The position numbers were made by a program, and so were the translations under genes. A stretch of DNA of 64,000 bases from Felis catus (Eukaryota). Positions 12,501 to 25,980 of this stretch are shown in pieces; the stretch's first letter is position 1; the number at the start of each line of letters is the position of its first letter. Location: NCBI RefSeq assembly GCF_018350175.1, contig NC_058379.1, forward strand, positions 65,658,001 through 65,722,000. Reading direction: 5' to 3'. The notes beneath the pieces were generated by a model that was not told where the DNA came from, did not search any database, and saw only the letters and a program-made list of their open reading frames with translations.

Positions 12501-15500
12501 ATAGTCGGGGCTCTAGAAGATGAACTAAAGCATGTTTCTTGTATCGTTCTGTCTCCCATTTCTTTTGCATTCAGACCCCTTATGTGACCCTGTCTTCCTT
12601 TTGCATGGCTAGTCACCGGATAGTTTTAGCCTCATACTTTGCATTCAGCAGCAACTGATTGGAATGTTAGTATCAGAGGTTTCAATTTGTGTCAGGCTCC
12701 TGGCCTCCATGTCAGGGATAAACCTTTTGTTGACTGAGGAGAAAAGATTGGACTTAGGATACAATTCATGCCAGATTGAGACAGTTTATAATGGAGTCTC
12801 ACTACTTTCTTGTCAATGTCTCTATGCTCATTTTGCTTTTGTGCTTTTAAAAGGTGCTTCATGTTCCCAGTCCATTTGGACATAGATCATATTTGGAAGG
12901 ACTTTTGTTCACTGGAAAGCTTTGCTTGATCAAAAGTTTTGCATGATTCAGCCTAGGGATGATATCAAATGGGAGAAAAGCCACATAAGTCCCCAGGTAG
13001 ATGAGAACAGCCACGTGAGAACTTCGAGAACTTCGCAGTATACCAAAAGTGGCATACGGGGCTTGTGGACCATGTCATGTGGATAGAAGCTGATTCTGTT
13101 ATTTAAAAAAGGTTGCTAACAATCCCCTTTCCCCTATTCTATGTTTTGATTAGCTGGCCACATTCCAACCACCTCCTGGGGATGAATGGAAATATATCAA
13201 TGGGCCTCCTAGGTGGCAGACCAGCACATCCATTTCCAGACACAGCAAAGGTCAAGCAGAGACAGACAGCAACAGTTGTCCATGGTTTGCACCCGGCATT
13301 TCAATTCTGATACATCATGCAGTGAATGCAGTGAACAGGGAGACAGCACAAACATCACCCCTCTTGGCTACAGCACTCTCCTCTCCTGGGCATTTCCCCA
13401 AATGTTGCCCTAGAATTATCCAAGGTGCTGTCATCTCTAGATTGTAAAAAATTAAAGGCAAGAAGTGGAACATAGAAGAAGATTAAGAGAACTAACTAGG
13501 CATAACTTAGCTAAATGAAAATGCCAAGGGACCTGAAAGCAGTCTCTAAGTTTTCTGTGTGCCCAGGTAATTTGGCAAGAGGCAACATCTAAATCTATCA
13601 ATGGTGGAAACAATGACTGCTTAAGGTAGGCTAAGAAATCAGAAGCAGTCAAAGGAAGCAATATTATCATTTTTATTGAGCATATGCTATGTGTCCAACC
13701 TTGTGCTGCACACCAATGAAAACTTAAGATGAAAGCAAAACGAGTTACAGCGCCCACCTGGGAGGACAGCAGGCAAAAAGACAGAGCACATATCCTTGAA
13801 CAGAGTCCAGAGAGTGGACAATATTAGAAAAAAGGTACAGGGCACGGAGAGTTCCCTATGACCGGGGGTGGCTAACAAGCCAGAGAAATGTATAAGAATC
13901 TGATTTAAAGAGCATTTTCTCCAAAGTGAGTAAATGTTGCTAAAATCCAACCTGGATAAAGCCCCAGAATCATGAGGTATGCCACTGAGATGCCCTGAAT
14001 GGTTGCTATTTCTGATTTCTCTGATTCCCAGGAACACCCCGTGTCTCAGATCGGGTTGATTATAAAACAAACACACTCACAGCCCAAGGTCACAGGGAGA
14101 GCACGTTCATCACCATGAGGGAAATTCCTCAGAAAGAGGCTGTAGTTCAGTCTCCTGATGGCAGGACCAGCATAGCTCTGTGTGCTTAATAATTAAGAGG
14201 CTCGGTTTAATTCTAAATATCTGGGCGACAATCAATAGTGGGAGCATGAGGGGTGTGTGGCTGGACTGGTTTATGTGACAGGTCACACATTAGGTATCTA
14301 ATTGATGTGGCTTCTCGGGATGTGGCAATGCTGCTGACACACACCACNNNNNNNNNNNNNNNNNNNNNNNNNNNNNNNNNNNNNNNNNNNNNNNNNNNNN
14401 NNNNNNNNNNNNNNNNNNNNNNNNNNNNNNNNNNNNNNNNNNNNNNNNNNNNNNNNNNNNNNNNNNNNNNNNNNNNNNNNAGACACAGCAGTTCCCTTTT
14501 CAGAGGTGCCTTAATAAAGAAGACAATAGCAATATTTTTACTGGTTAGGTCGATACAATTATAGGATGGGAGAAAGCAAGGAGCAAAAAGTATAAATTTC
14601 ACACTCAGTGACCTAGTAATTTGTCAGTCATTTTCTGCATTAAACCTAATGCATCCTCTGGGACTAGGGGATACCAGAGAAATGGCGCTCTTGGACTGGC
14701 CATGTTCCGAATTCCACACCGTCTCCTCTTTCATCCTACTTCTTCCTTGATCTTTTTCTGTATGTGTTAAATTGTCTTTAACAGATAGTCTTCTCAGTTC
14801 CTACGGCTTTCCAATGAGAGTTGTCTTTACTCTTTTATTCTTATACCAACTGGTGGGAAAATAATTTCCTCTTCACCTACCAAAGGAACATTTTGTATTT
14901 CTTTACTGGAAGAAAAGGGCCTAATATGGAGTGCTGAAAAATCTTCACATTGATAAGTTAAACTTTGTCAACAATGGGAAAAGAGGGCAATCCTATTCTT
15001 CCTGGGTCTCCAGCCCACATAATCTCCTTTTTTTTTTTTTTTTTCCAACATAACCTTTCTTCACTACACTTAGGCACTTTTCATTCAGCAATGAAAGCCC
15101 ATTGTGTTTTCAGCCAAATGTGGGGTTTGAGAGGTATATGAAAGAGGCAGAAAGGAAGTTGTTCCTTTCCGGAGCTTACAGTCTATATGAGGGGATGAGA
15201 CACACACATGGAGCATAGAACTGAGAAGGACACTGTGGGAGTAGGATGGACGGTAGATGGAAGGAAGTGAAGAGGTGTGACAACTGTATCCAAGTATCAG
15301 AAGGACAGTGAAGGGCCTGGAGGAGTAGATGTCCTGTGGGAGCTCTGGGGAACATGAATCGGATTTAAGTATGGGATCATCAAAGACAGAGATGTTAGGT
15401 TGACATCAGGAAACCTTCTCAATCCAATAAGTGGAGTCATCTGGCAAAAGAAGATGACATCTATGAGTAACTCATGGAGAGGGCTATGGTCATGGAATTA

Positions 15501-15899
15501 TTGTATTGGACAGGTTATGGGACTGGCCCATTTAAACCCCAAGTTCTCTGATGTGACAGATATGTGCTTTAAGAGTCTGTAGAAGGAATACATCTGTGAG
15601 GGCTTTAGTTATCAAGGAAGACTTCAAAGGAAAGGTAAAACCTGACTTAGTCCCTCTGTAAGAGCTGAACTGCTCAAGAAGATATGGAGAAGGTGCTTCT
15701 AAAGAAGGAGCAACACACATTGAATTTGTGCTCACACTCCCCCACACACATTATTTCTTGTAATTCTTCATTCAAAGAGCAAATTTATCTAGTTTAGGCA
15801 GAGAAAAAATAGTTCATATTGTGTTTATCCATCCCACAAAGAGAAGGAAAAAGTACAAGAAGTGGACCAAATTTTTAAGTTCATGCCTTTATTTTCTTT

Positions 15900-16330
15900 C
15901 TTTTGTCTAATTCATCTATTTTTCTGTCTTCTAAAACAACTTACTGAGGATCAAGGCACTGGACCAAGTGCTAGAGATGTAATGATGTGCAAAAACAGAT
16001 GTAGTCTTTGCCCCCAGAGAGCTTACAGTCTATCAGAGGAGATAGACATTAGCCAAGTAATGTCACAGATACATATTTACAAATGACACCAGAGGAAAAT
16101 ACAGGAAGAAATGAGAAGATGTAAGAGAGAGCCCAGATAGAGGCTGCAGTGGAGACCGAACAGGCTTCCCTAAGGGAGGGATATATGAGCTGAGAGCCAA
16201 GGTTAGGGGATGATAAGAAGGTGAATGTGAAGAGATTCAAGAGCTAAGAAGAGGAGGAATAAATTATTCCAGGAAGAGGAAACAACATAAACAAACACAG
16301 GAAGAACTACATGCTCAGGGAACTCAAAGA
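15900..16330 (-). mobile_element. L2 3' fragment
   Basis: ttactgag...caaggcactggaccaagtgctagagat...gagcttacagtcta...ggcttccctaagggag...attccaggaagaggaaacaac. Confidence 0.75.
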
Positions 16331-16636
16331 AAATTCCAGGAAACACAAACATGGTATCCATTCACAATGGTAGAAAATACCCGAATTAGGATCATGGTTA
16401 GTCACCAGGGATACAGGAAGGAAGGAAGGAAGGGTAAACTGATGAAATTCAGGAACCTCAGATTGCTGGAAATAGTACCATCCTGCTGTGTACAGTTCTT
16501 TGGGAATATGGGGAGAATAGTGTTCATTTCATAGGTCAGTTGTATTACAGAAAGTATTTTGGATTGGGGCAGCCTGTTTTAGCATAATTCTCCTGTAGGC
16601 CCAGGCAGAAGGTACAGATTCAAATTTCAAGATCTC

Positions 16637-16871
16637 GGGGCACCTGGGTGGCTCGGTCGGTTAAGCGTCTGACTTCAGCTCAGGTCATGATCTCACGGTC
16701 CGTGAGTTCTAGCCCCGCGTCGGGCTCTGTGCTGACAGCTCAGAGCCTGGGGCCTGTTTCGGATTCTGTGTCTCCCTCTCTCTCTGCCCCTCCCCCGTTC
16801 ATGTTGTGTCTCTCTCTGTCTCAAAAATAAATAAACGTTAAAAAAAATTAAAAATAGAATAAAATAAAATA
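16637..16871 (+). mobile_element. Young CanSINE (SINEC_Fc) with perfect 15-bp TSD
   Basis: Full length, CpGs retained; AAATTTCAAGATCTC at 16622-16636 and 16872-16886. Confidence 0.97.
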
Positions 16872-19576
16872 AAATTTCAAGATCTCTTAATTATCCATGC
16901 ATGCATCATCCCTTGTAACCTGGGCCCATAAGTGGTTTTCCTTTCTACCACATTACTAACCCTCAGCAGGACAAGAAGAACACATTAGATGTGAAGGAAT
17001 CCTGGGGCTGGATACCAAGAAGATGGATGTATTAGAAAGTCTGAATATGATAGGCATACATTAAGCCTGTGGCTAGTGGGGTTTTTTCTCACCATGTTCC
17101 AAGACTAAACATAGGCCCCTGGATTATCCAATCTTTTGTATTAATCTGCCTATGGCTGCTTAGGCTGACTTTATTCTGAAATCTCAGAGATTTATGTTAA
17201 ATGGACAGATTAAGTGAGCTGCTAATTGTTTTCTCCTTTCTTAGATTAAAAACATTTTTAACAAAATAAGTGAGGAATTTTTTAAGAAAGACATAATGGG
17301 TAGAGATGATGGGAATTATTTGTTCTTAATTGGTCTCCTTCCATTATGAGAAAGCAGCAAAACTCTTAGCTTTATCTTTTTAATATCAAAGGCACTTGAT
17401 GTAATTTTTTGGAGGGGGTATATTTAAGGTAAGCTATAGAGTGAATGAATAATTGTTCTCTTTAACATCAATACTAAGTAAATATAAAGACAAATTACCT
17501 GTGCTATATACCCAGTAGAAGTCGCTGATTCAAGCTTATCTCAGCTATTGATGTTCTCTGGCTCACCAGTCCAACTTGTTAGCATTCTATTTACCTAATC
17601 AATAGTCTTCAAGAATCCCTGGTAAATCAATCAGCAAAGCTTCTAGACATCGAAAGCAGGATGATTTCTGAGGAACCTTTGGAAATACGCAGGGACTGGA
17701 TGGGCTAGCTCCTGGGTTATTGGTGGTAACAAAAGTTATTTTGATTGATTCCTCCACTCACCTCTTGAGTAATGTTGACTCTGTGGCTAATGCTAGATAA
17801 AAGCCATGTAAATAATAGTTTTGACTTGTGGAGGTTCCCAGTTCAGTAAAGCAGACAAACATATAAGTACATCCTCAGGTCACTGAGGGGTACTGTACCT
17901 AAACCCTGTTTGGTAGAGTTGGAGCAATATCCCCAAAACTGATGGCACTTGGCTATCTAGTGGGGTCAGGTTGTTAATGCCCTGGTAAAGCCACTGCTAT
18001 GGTAAAAGAAAATATTCACAGAAACAGCCAGATGAAATAAACATAGGCAAGAGATGAAGTTTTCATAATTTCATGCTGTGTACTGCCCACCCAAGCCCTC
18101 ACTCCCCATGTGCCCTATTCGGCCTGCTATACGACAGAGTGGCTCAACCTCCAAATTAATCTGTTGTTCTCCCCTCTCAAAATCCCAAAGGATTTTCAGC
18201 TGTGTATACTAGGAAGCATCAACTAAGAACAGTCACTAAAGGATGTCAGTGACTGATCACTCCTATGTATTTTTTTAAACATGTATGATGTCTTAAATGG
18301 ATGATATAGTGATGGAACTGGAGAAAGATAATATCATAGAACAAACACTTGAGACTTACCTGCCTTTGAGACATGAAGACAGGGCCCTTTTACCTCCTGG
18401 TTCTGTAGCTTGGGGCAGAGAGATGCCCATGCATTTCTGCAGTAATCTCTTGGAGTCCAATGCCCTAATCTATAAAAGATCATACCTCTGTCTTGTAGGG
18501 AGACCAAGTACACAAAGCACAGGTCCTGGAGCATAGTAGGTGTTCAGTGAAAGACAACTCATGATGCTGGTAATGATTCATATCTCACACAGATGTAAGA
18601 GACCATCTTTCTTTGGCTGCTAAGGTAGGTTGGAGAAGGCAGGCATCTTTGGATAGGAAGCACAAAGACTCCTGAGCTATGTTCACACTCACAGAGCCTC
18701 CATAAGGCTTACCCTGGCTTTAGATAATACCTGGGTCCCAAGTGTCTAAGAATTATTGTCTAATGTTCCACTCCATCTCAGGGTGGACTGACCAGTGAGC
18801 TGACCAGGTTGGGCTTCTGGGGAACAGTCAGGACAAGCCTACCATCTAAGGAACCAAGAATCAAGGAAACCAGGATAAATCCCCACCAGGGTCCAAGGGA
18901 GAAGCTGACTGCTGTAGGAGTTGGAGGGTGGTGCTGAACTGCTGTGAACACCTGAGGGCTTCTGTGATGGCTTTGATGAAGAGGTGGTGGGGGCTTCATG
19001 GACATGTCAGTTTTCTAACTACATTACAGTGTACCGAAAGCATAGCTGTGCTCGGCATACTGTAACCTTCAGTGTTCAAAAAGCCCAGAAAGATAGCTTC
19101 TATGGATCTTTGCATGTGCCCCTTACCTTCTCCAAGTCTAAGTTTATAAATCTGTATAGTCAGAATGACACTGGTAGGTATTAGAGATTTTGCTAAGACC
19201 AAATGAGATAATGGATAGGGAACAACTTTGTTTTCTCTTATAGGTGACTATTATTATGATTGTGAATTTTATATTTTCAATAATCATCACTGTATAGGGG
19301 TGCTAGTTAAACAGCAAAGCCCATTCAACAGACTTTTATCCTATTTATGGAATTTCTCTAGTATGGGATAATGTCCCACTTATAGATGTCTTGGAAGAAA
19401 CCCATCACATCAGCAGAGACAGCAACAGGAATGATATGGAAAGTGGTTGAATCTGAGACCAGAAAGCTGGATCTCCCTAAAGTCATAGCTGGAGGAAATA
19501 AACTGTAGACTGCAAATCTGGGTCCAAAGAGATAAAGATACAGATTAAGAATGAGATAATAATTCGTGGTCTAGAT

Positions 19577-19733
19577 TAGTGGTCCTTAAACCTGATTGGC
19601 TCTTACTTGAATTAGCCAGGAGCTTTAACAAAATATAGACCTAGTGAATCAGAATCTCTGGATGGTGTCTGGGGCAAATGTTTTTGAATGTTCCCTATAT
19701 AGTTGGGGTGATCGGCCAGGTTTGGGAAGCAGA
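19577..19733. mobile_element. hAT-Charlie MITE, MER5-like
   Basis: agtggtccttaaacctg...gaatcagaatctctgg...gccaggtttgggaagc. Confidence 0.65.
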
Positions 19734-20974
19734 GGTCTGAGCCAGGATCTCAGGTGGGTCCAGGTGCATGAAGCCATCAGCCCTGCAGGTTCAAGTGCGT
19801 GGGAGCCTGGGGTCTGCAGTTACCTGGGCCATGCCAGGGACACCAAACACTGGTACACAGCAGGAAGAATGAAGGGGACAGCCTTCATTGGCACATGGAT
19901 TTTGTTTATTTGCTTAATTCTAGTGATGTGGGAACTTCAATTCAGGATGCTGAAGAGCTGGGTCTGTAGGTTTGGGGAGAAAGAAAGCTACAGTTAGGAT
20001 GGGGAGCCAGAAGGAGCCACTGGGGATGACTGTGAAAACAAGCACGTTTCCTCTTCTCATGCTCTCTAAATTTCTCTCCTGAGGCAGTAAGTTTGGGACA
20101 CTTTTTTTTTTCTTACTGCTACTATCAGGACAGGTTAAGAAAATAGCGCTTGAGGGAGAAATACGGTGGAATTAGAAGAAGAGGGAGAAAAAATAAGAGT
20201 GTGTGGATTCAGATTTTCCTCTCCTTCACCCTATCCTCCACAACTACAGTCAGAGGAGTGAAGAGAAGCCACAGGTGCCCTGAGGAGAGTGATGCTCTGG
20301 GGCTCATGTTCTCAGGTGTGTAAGGAGACCAGGTTGGTGGGCTGACAGGATCCTGGAAGAAGTTGTTTTCACACCTTGGTGAAGGGTTTGAATCCCCCAC
20401 ATCTCAGAGGACTTCTACAAATCCCCCAGTTCTTAGACATAGAGCTTTTGGTAACCACCACACGGGGAAAAAAGCAAGAGAGAGAGAGAGAGAGAGAAAA
20501 CAGAGTTTGTGAACCAAACAGATGAGTGGGTAAGAGCCGCATAATTCCCAAATCAAGGTATTCGGTTGTGCATATCTTCAGTTTAAAAAAATCATAAAAA
20601 ATAAACTCTTTGAAGGAGATAGAATGAGGGAAAGGTTTAGTTGTCTACCCTTTGTCCCAGTAAAGTGCCAAAATGAGGATTCCACATTAAATTCTCCAAA
20701 AATTTGCCAGATGGACCGAGTTACATTGAACAGTATGCTTCAGAAATGGAAGAAACAGTAGAAAGGAGCTTTATCTTTCTGGCCAAAGCCTCATTACTCC
20801 TACATGCCACTCCTTCTGGAAGCAGTACCTGCTTGAGTTCATATGAAATATCGGTGAGGATCCTCAGAGCCCCATTGGCCCATCAGAGGAACATAATGAA
20901 ACACTGTATCATAAAACTTGACTTGGTTCAAGTACCTTTTCTTTACCCATAATCAATTATATAATGTGTGACCA

Positions 20975-21200
20975 AGATAGTGCATCATAGAGGAAGGACT
21001 GTTAACTTAGACCACGGGGCCCAACCCAGCTTATAACACTTCCAAGTTATATGGTCTTGGGCAAATTTGTAAACACCTGAAAAGTGGACACAAGGATACC
21101 ATGTAGAGTTCTGGAGAGAATCAGATGAGAGACTATGTATGCAGTCACTCATGACAGTGTCTTAAGTATAGCAGGCAGGCATCAATAATATGCCTTAAAT
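20975..21200 (+). mobile_element. MIR (decayed)
   Basis: ggtcttgggcaaattt core followed by a MIR-like 3' half ending tcaataata. Confidence 0.55.
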
Positions 21201-23155
21201 ATGATGCCAATTCACTCATCTGTGTGTGATCCCTCCCAGTTTTCAAGCAGTTATTTGTATTTCTCTCAAGTGCCCTGGATTTTTTTTTATACACAGAAGG
21301 CCACAGTTAGGTCCGAGGAGAAAGTGATGTTTGAGCTGAAAGGGAAGTATTTGGTTAGGTGAGCAAACCAGAATTTCAGGCATGAGCTAAAGGAAGATCT
21401 TTCCATAGAGCTGGTTTGAGCTGAAGAGGAAGAGTATGCAGAGGTGGGAGATAAGCTGGGAAGATAGGTCATAGTCAGACTGTAAATCAGAGATCAGAGT
21501 CGGCCCACTTCAAGCATTGCTTCCAAAGTGGCTCCCCAGGGTGATGGCTCAGGCTCCTAGTCCCCACACTACCCCCCTGCCCTTTTCCCTGCCCTCTGCA
21601 TTGGCCAGTTAGTGCCCAACCTTTTGGTTCCAATACCCGTGGGGTGAGAGGCACCCAGAACCTGATCCTCCCTTCCCTGGTAGGAGATAAGGAGCACCCA
21701 GGCTGCATACCTCTGTGCCTTCAACTCTCCAGGGTGCACCTCTGTGATCAGGTGCTTATCTCCAGGTGTTTGCCTGAAGGGAGGTCATGAAAAATCAACA
21801 CCAATCAGGGCAGTTTCCTTGGAAGCTGAAATTATCTTGCAGGCATCTCAGAGCAGGTGCAGGGCTATTTTGGGCCAGCAATCACTGTGCAGAGGAGGGA
21901 GTACCACCTCTCCTCACAACAAGGCAGCAGCCTAGAGAGAGCCAATTATGGCGAGACGTTTCCAGCTCCTTCTGTCTGTGTCTCCGAATGCTGCAGAGTG
22001 TCCTGGCACAGGTTTCTCCTATCTGACCACCAACCACTGGGGAGGGCCTCTCTCCAACTGATGAAATGATAGGGGCTCGGTTTCCTGGTCCAAAAAAGAG
22101 CTTCTCTAGCCTACAGGAAAAAGTTCACATCTCTTAGCTTGGAATTCAAGGCCTCCAGTCTCCAAATTCCCATGCAATCTTTATTCAGAACCTTTGCCCA
22201 CATTCCCTTCATGCTCTTTGCCAACCCAGACCCTCCACACATATCAGGACATGTCTTCATTTTAACCAGATATGCTTAGCCTGCCTCTGGACTTCTTCCC
22301 AAGATTCCCCTCCACTTCCTCCCTTCCCGGTTAACCTTACTGTTTGATTTATGATTTCTCCAGATTCCTCTTCTTCATCAAAGGGCACTCCCTCCCTTGA
22401 TGGCCACTCCAGCCCCACACAGACCTCTCCCTTTTCTTCTCTACCATTTGGAACTGCAAAACCCAACAGTGCATCTCTGTGCACTCCTTAATTGGTAAGG
22501 TTGGTTTCCTGGGTGTGTTACACCACCCCCACCACAAAACAGAAAGTGACTCAAGGGTCTGCTACTTTTTGTGTCCCCTACAGTATCTGAGACTAAAGCC
22601 TAGGCACTGAATAACTTAGTAATTCAATTTCTATCCTAACTCCTGAACCTTCTGCAGAGCCTAGCTCACCCCTGTCCCTTGGAAATGTCCTGTAGTCCCT
22701 CAAATGGTCAATGCCAGTTATAGTCACAGACAATGTCCCAGAGTTTAGGAATTCACTAAAATTCATTTTTAAAAAGCTTCTGGTAGTTTGTCTTGTGTCT
22801 CCAAATAGTCCATTTCTGGGGACCAGCACCCTATGTCATGTGGATTTCCTCATACCTCACCTCCACCCCAGGTAACACAGAAAGGTGAGTGCTCCATGTT
22901 TGTTCCGTTTGCTTAAAGGCTCTCCAGCTGGTGATCCGGTTTCCAAGGAAGGGAAACACTTGCAATGTAAACTGATTTACTAAGATACCTGCCCACCATT
23001 CTTGCCTTTTAGAAGCCAACAATCTAAAAATATGTCACAGAGAGAAAGGGCACACAGACAATTGAAAATACAAGAACTAAGAGCAGACAGTGTCTAAAAA
23101 TATCAAATGAGGGAAGTTTTATAGTGTTACCCGCTGAAAGCTTGTCCAAAGCAGA

Positions 23156-23171
23156 CCTCCCTCCCTCCCTC

Positions 23172-23207
<36 letters not shown>

Positions 23208-23221
23208 CCTCCCTCCCCCCC
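23156..23221. repeat. Pure polypyrimidine tract (CCCT)n-(CT)n-(CCCT)n
   Basis: 66 consecutive pyrimidines read directly. Confidence 0.95.
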
Positions 23222-24026
23222 ACCCCTAAATTCTTCACTTCTTTTTTCTATTCATTCCTTCTCTTCTAATATTTAATCCTTTAAAACGTCAAAACAGAAT
23301 CCACTGGGCAGCAAGCGCCCACATCCACCCTGCTTGTTCTCTCCCCAGAAACTGGGTAGCACATTGTGTAGCTCCTGTCAGATCACTGAGATGAAAGTCT
23401 TCCTCCTTCCTCTGAGAACATTTGGTGCCCTTCTGATGCAGTACTGATGAAGTGGTCCTGGACTGTAGTCATTGTGTGTGTGGTTTTCACCCTTATTAGA
23501 GTACAAACCCCTTAACAGAAGGAACTGTGTCTCATTCACCCCAGTAGCAGCAGGACACAGTGCAGTGTTTTTGGTATAAGAAGGTGGTCTTTTGCTAAAG
23601 GAATGAGTGAGCTATTCTTTGAAACCATGATTCTCTCCAGGGCTTGACAGCCCATGGACACACTGATATTAATAACCATGTTTTGGTCCCACAGAGCTCC
23701 CACCTACACAACCAGACAGTCTGTCACACATTGACTCCATCTGAATCAGGAATGGAGGAAAGGGGCAGACCCACAGACAGACCCTAATATAAAAAACATA
23801 TGGGACAGGTTAAAATGTCTGGGTTTGGCAGAAGGCTGCTTTGCAGAATGCAGAGGCTCCAAGCAACAAGGGGGCCCAAGTGCTCTGTGCCTGCGCCCAA
23901 GAGGTCATCTGAAGAGTGAGAACAAGCAAGCTCCCTCCCCCTTAACCAGGGCTGTTCTGCTTCTCCCAGTTTCATAGTCTGGGGTTGTAGGTAGAATTTG
24001 GTCTGGAGAAAGTCTTCCGGTAGTTA

Positions 24027-24056
24027 GAAAAAAAGAAAAGAAAAGAAAAGAAAAAA
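24027..24056. repeat. (GAAAA)n microsatellite
   Basis: Read directly. Confidence 0.9.
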
Positions 24057-25980
24057 CTAGGTTCCATAAAGTTTCCTAATTACTGCTCCATGGAACAAAA
24101 TGCCATTGTTCATGCCCACCTTTGCCCCGGGGGCACTCCTGACTACAGACCCCAGAAATGCTTAGATTGCTGACCACCGAGCAGTAGAATTTGCATGAGG
24201 AACTTGGCTATGAGCTTCCCTCCTCCTACAGGTGGAACTCTGGAAAGTTGCCTTTCCTCCTGTTCATCTGCAGGCTCCCCAGGCCCTCTTGCACCCTGCC
24301 CCCTTCCACACCTTCTCATAAAGGCTCTGCATTATCACAAGTGAGTAACTGAATGCCAAAGCGTCCAGACTCTTCTTGGTCTTAGAGATGAAGAAACCCA
24401 CTGTGAATTCTGGACAGGCAAGATGAAGGCCTAGTCACACTGTCAGACTGTGGCTTTGGAGACTCCTGCCTTAGGGTGTTTGCATACTCAACAAGTTCAA
24501 AATATCACACTGCAAGCACCCAGGGCTCTCACAGAGGTTCAGGCATTAGGCACTTCCAGGTTAGGCTGTATTCAATCCAAAGTAGGGAGAGCACAGTTCT
24601 CCTACGGTCAGACACAGCCAGGGGATTGTCACCCATGCTGCCTGCAGAGTACAAAGCCAGCATTGCAGAAACTGTGTTTTCTGAAAAACTTCATAGTTTC
24701 AGCCAAATGAGAGTAGCCTCGTACTCCAAGGCCAATATTTAACTCCCATCTTCTCCAGTCGACCTGACTCTGGCATGTGCTGGAGCTGTTCCCCCGAACT
24801 AGGGACAGGGCTGCTATGGGGACCAGAACTGTGTGACACCAGCTTAACAGCGTCCATGTGAACGGAATCTGCCCTGGCCTGGCATTTCTCTGCCTGCTCA
24901 CACCCATTCCTGTCACCCCTTGCCCGCCCCTCTCCTCTGAAACCTCCCCCCAAATCAAGAGCGTTGTATTTCCCAAACCCCATTTCACAGCTGTATTGNN
25001 NNNNNNNNNNNNNNNNNNNNNNNNNNNNNNNNNNNNNNNNNNNNNNNNNNNNNNNNNNNNNNNNNNNNNNNNNNNNNNNNNNNNNNNNNNNNNNNNNNNN
25101 NNNNNNNNNNNNNNNNNNNNNNNNNNNNNNNNNNNNNNNNNNNNNNNNNNNNNNNNNNNNNNNNNNNNNNNNNNNNNNNNNNNNNNNNNNNNNNNNNNNN
25201 NNNNNNNNNNNNNNNNNNNNNNNNNNNNNNNNNNNNNNNNNNNNNNNNNNNNNNNNNNNNNNNNNNNNNNNNNNNNNNNNNNNNNNNNNNNNNGCACCTC
25301 GCGTGAACTTGGCAGCCTGGCCCCGAGAAAACTTGGAGACAATGCCGTTGGGGGATCTAAAAAGCTTAGCCTCCTGACTCAAATCTGGTGAGAACGCACC
25401 CTGGCTGTGAATAGAGATCCGAGTCTCAGCTCTAAATTGTCCCAGCTCAGACTCATTGAAATGTCTTCTCACAGAATTAGACAAGAAGGGGGCCAGGAAA
25501 GTTTGCAGAATATCAATGAGGCTGTGCTTAGAAGTGGGAGATGGAGAAACGCAGAGGTTGATTCTGGAACGCCATGGATTAAGACAAAAGCACCAGTTGG
25601 GTCCTTGCCATGTGGCACTGACGGGAGGGACCGGGCTATTTGGGGAGCTAGGAATGGGCATGAACCACCTCCTGGGGTGTCACGTCTGGGCTGGGGCCCT
25701 GGGGAGTCACCTACTCAGTCCTCACTGCTCCTTTAACAGATGAGAAGAAAGAGTGGGAGCAGAGAAGGGGCTTCAGCATGCTCCCCTCACCCCAGGCTCT
25801 TGTTGCCTCACCAGGCCACCTTCCTCCCCATTAAAATTCAGTCCCCTCACTTGCCAAAAGAGGCTTGTACAAATAAGTATCTGTTTCTATCCTTCCAGAC
25901 TCATTGCAAATTCCAGTGCCTTCCCCAGTCTTCACCTTATACTCTCCCTACCCCCTTCACATTCCTCCAAACCCTCTACC

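Noticed and set aside
13017-13035. GAGAACTTCGAGAACTTCG as a heat-shock element
   Set aside because: GAA-TTC spacing is 1 nt rather than 2; a simple 9-bp duplication explains it
20365-20400. tRNA-like GGGTTTGAATCCC with a small hairpin
   Set aside because: No A box, D arm or acceptor stem; the tRNA-like boxes elsewhere are SINE or MIR heads
24629-25661. 237-aa and 320-aa ORFs, and similar ones at 33648-34876
   Set aside because: Their length is inflated by N runs, which cannot contain stops
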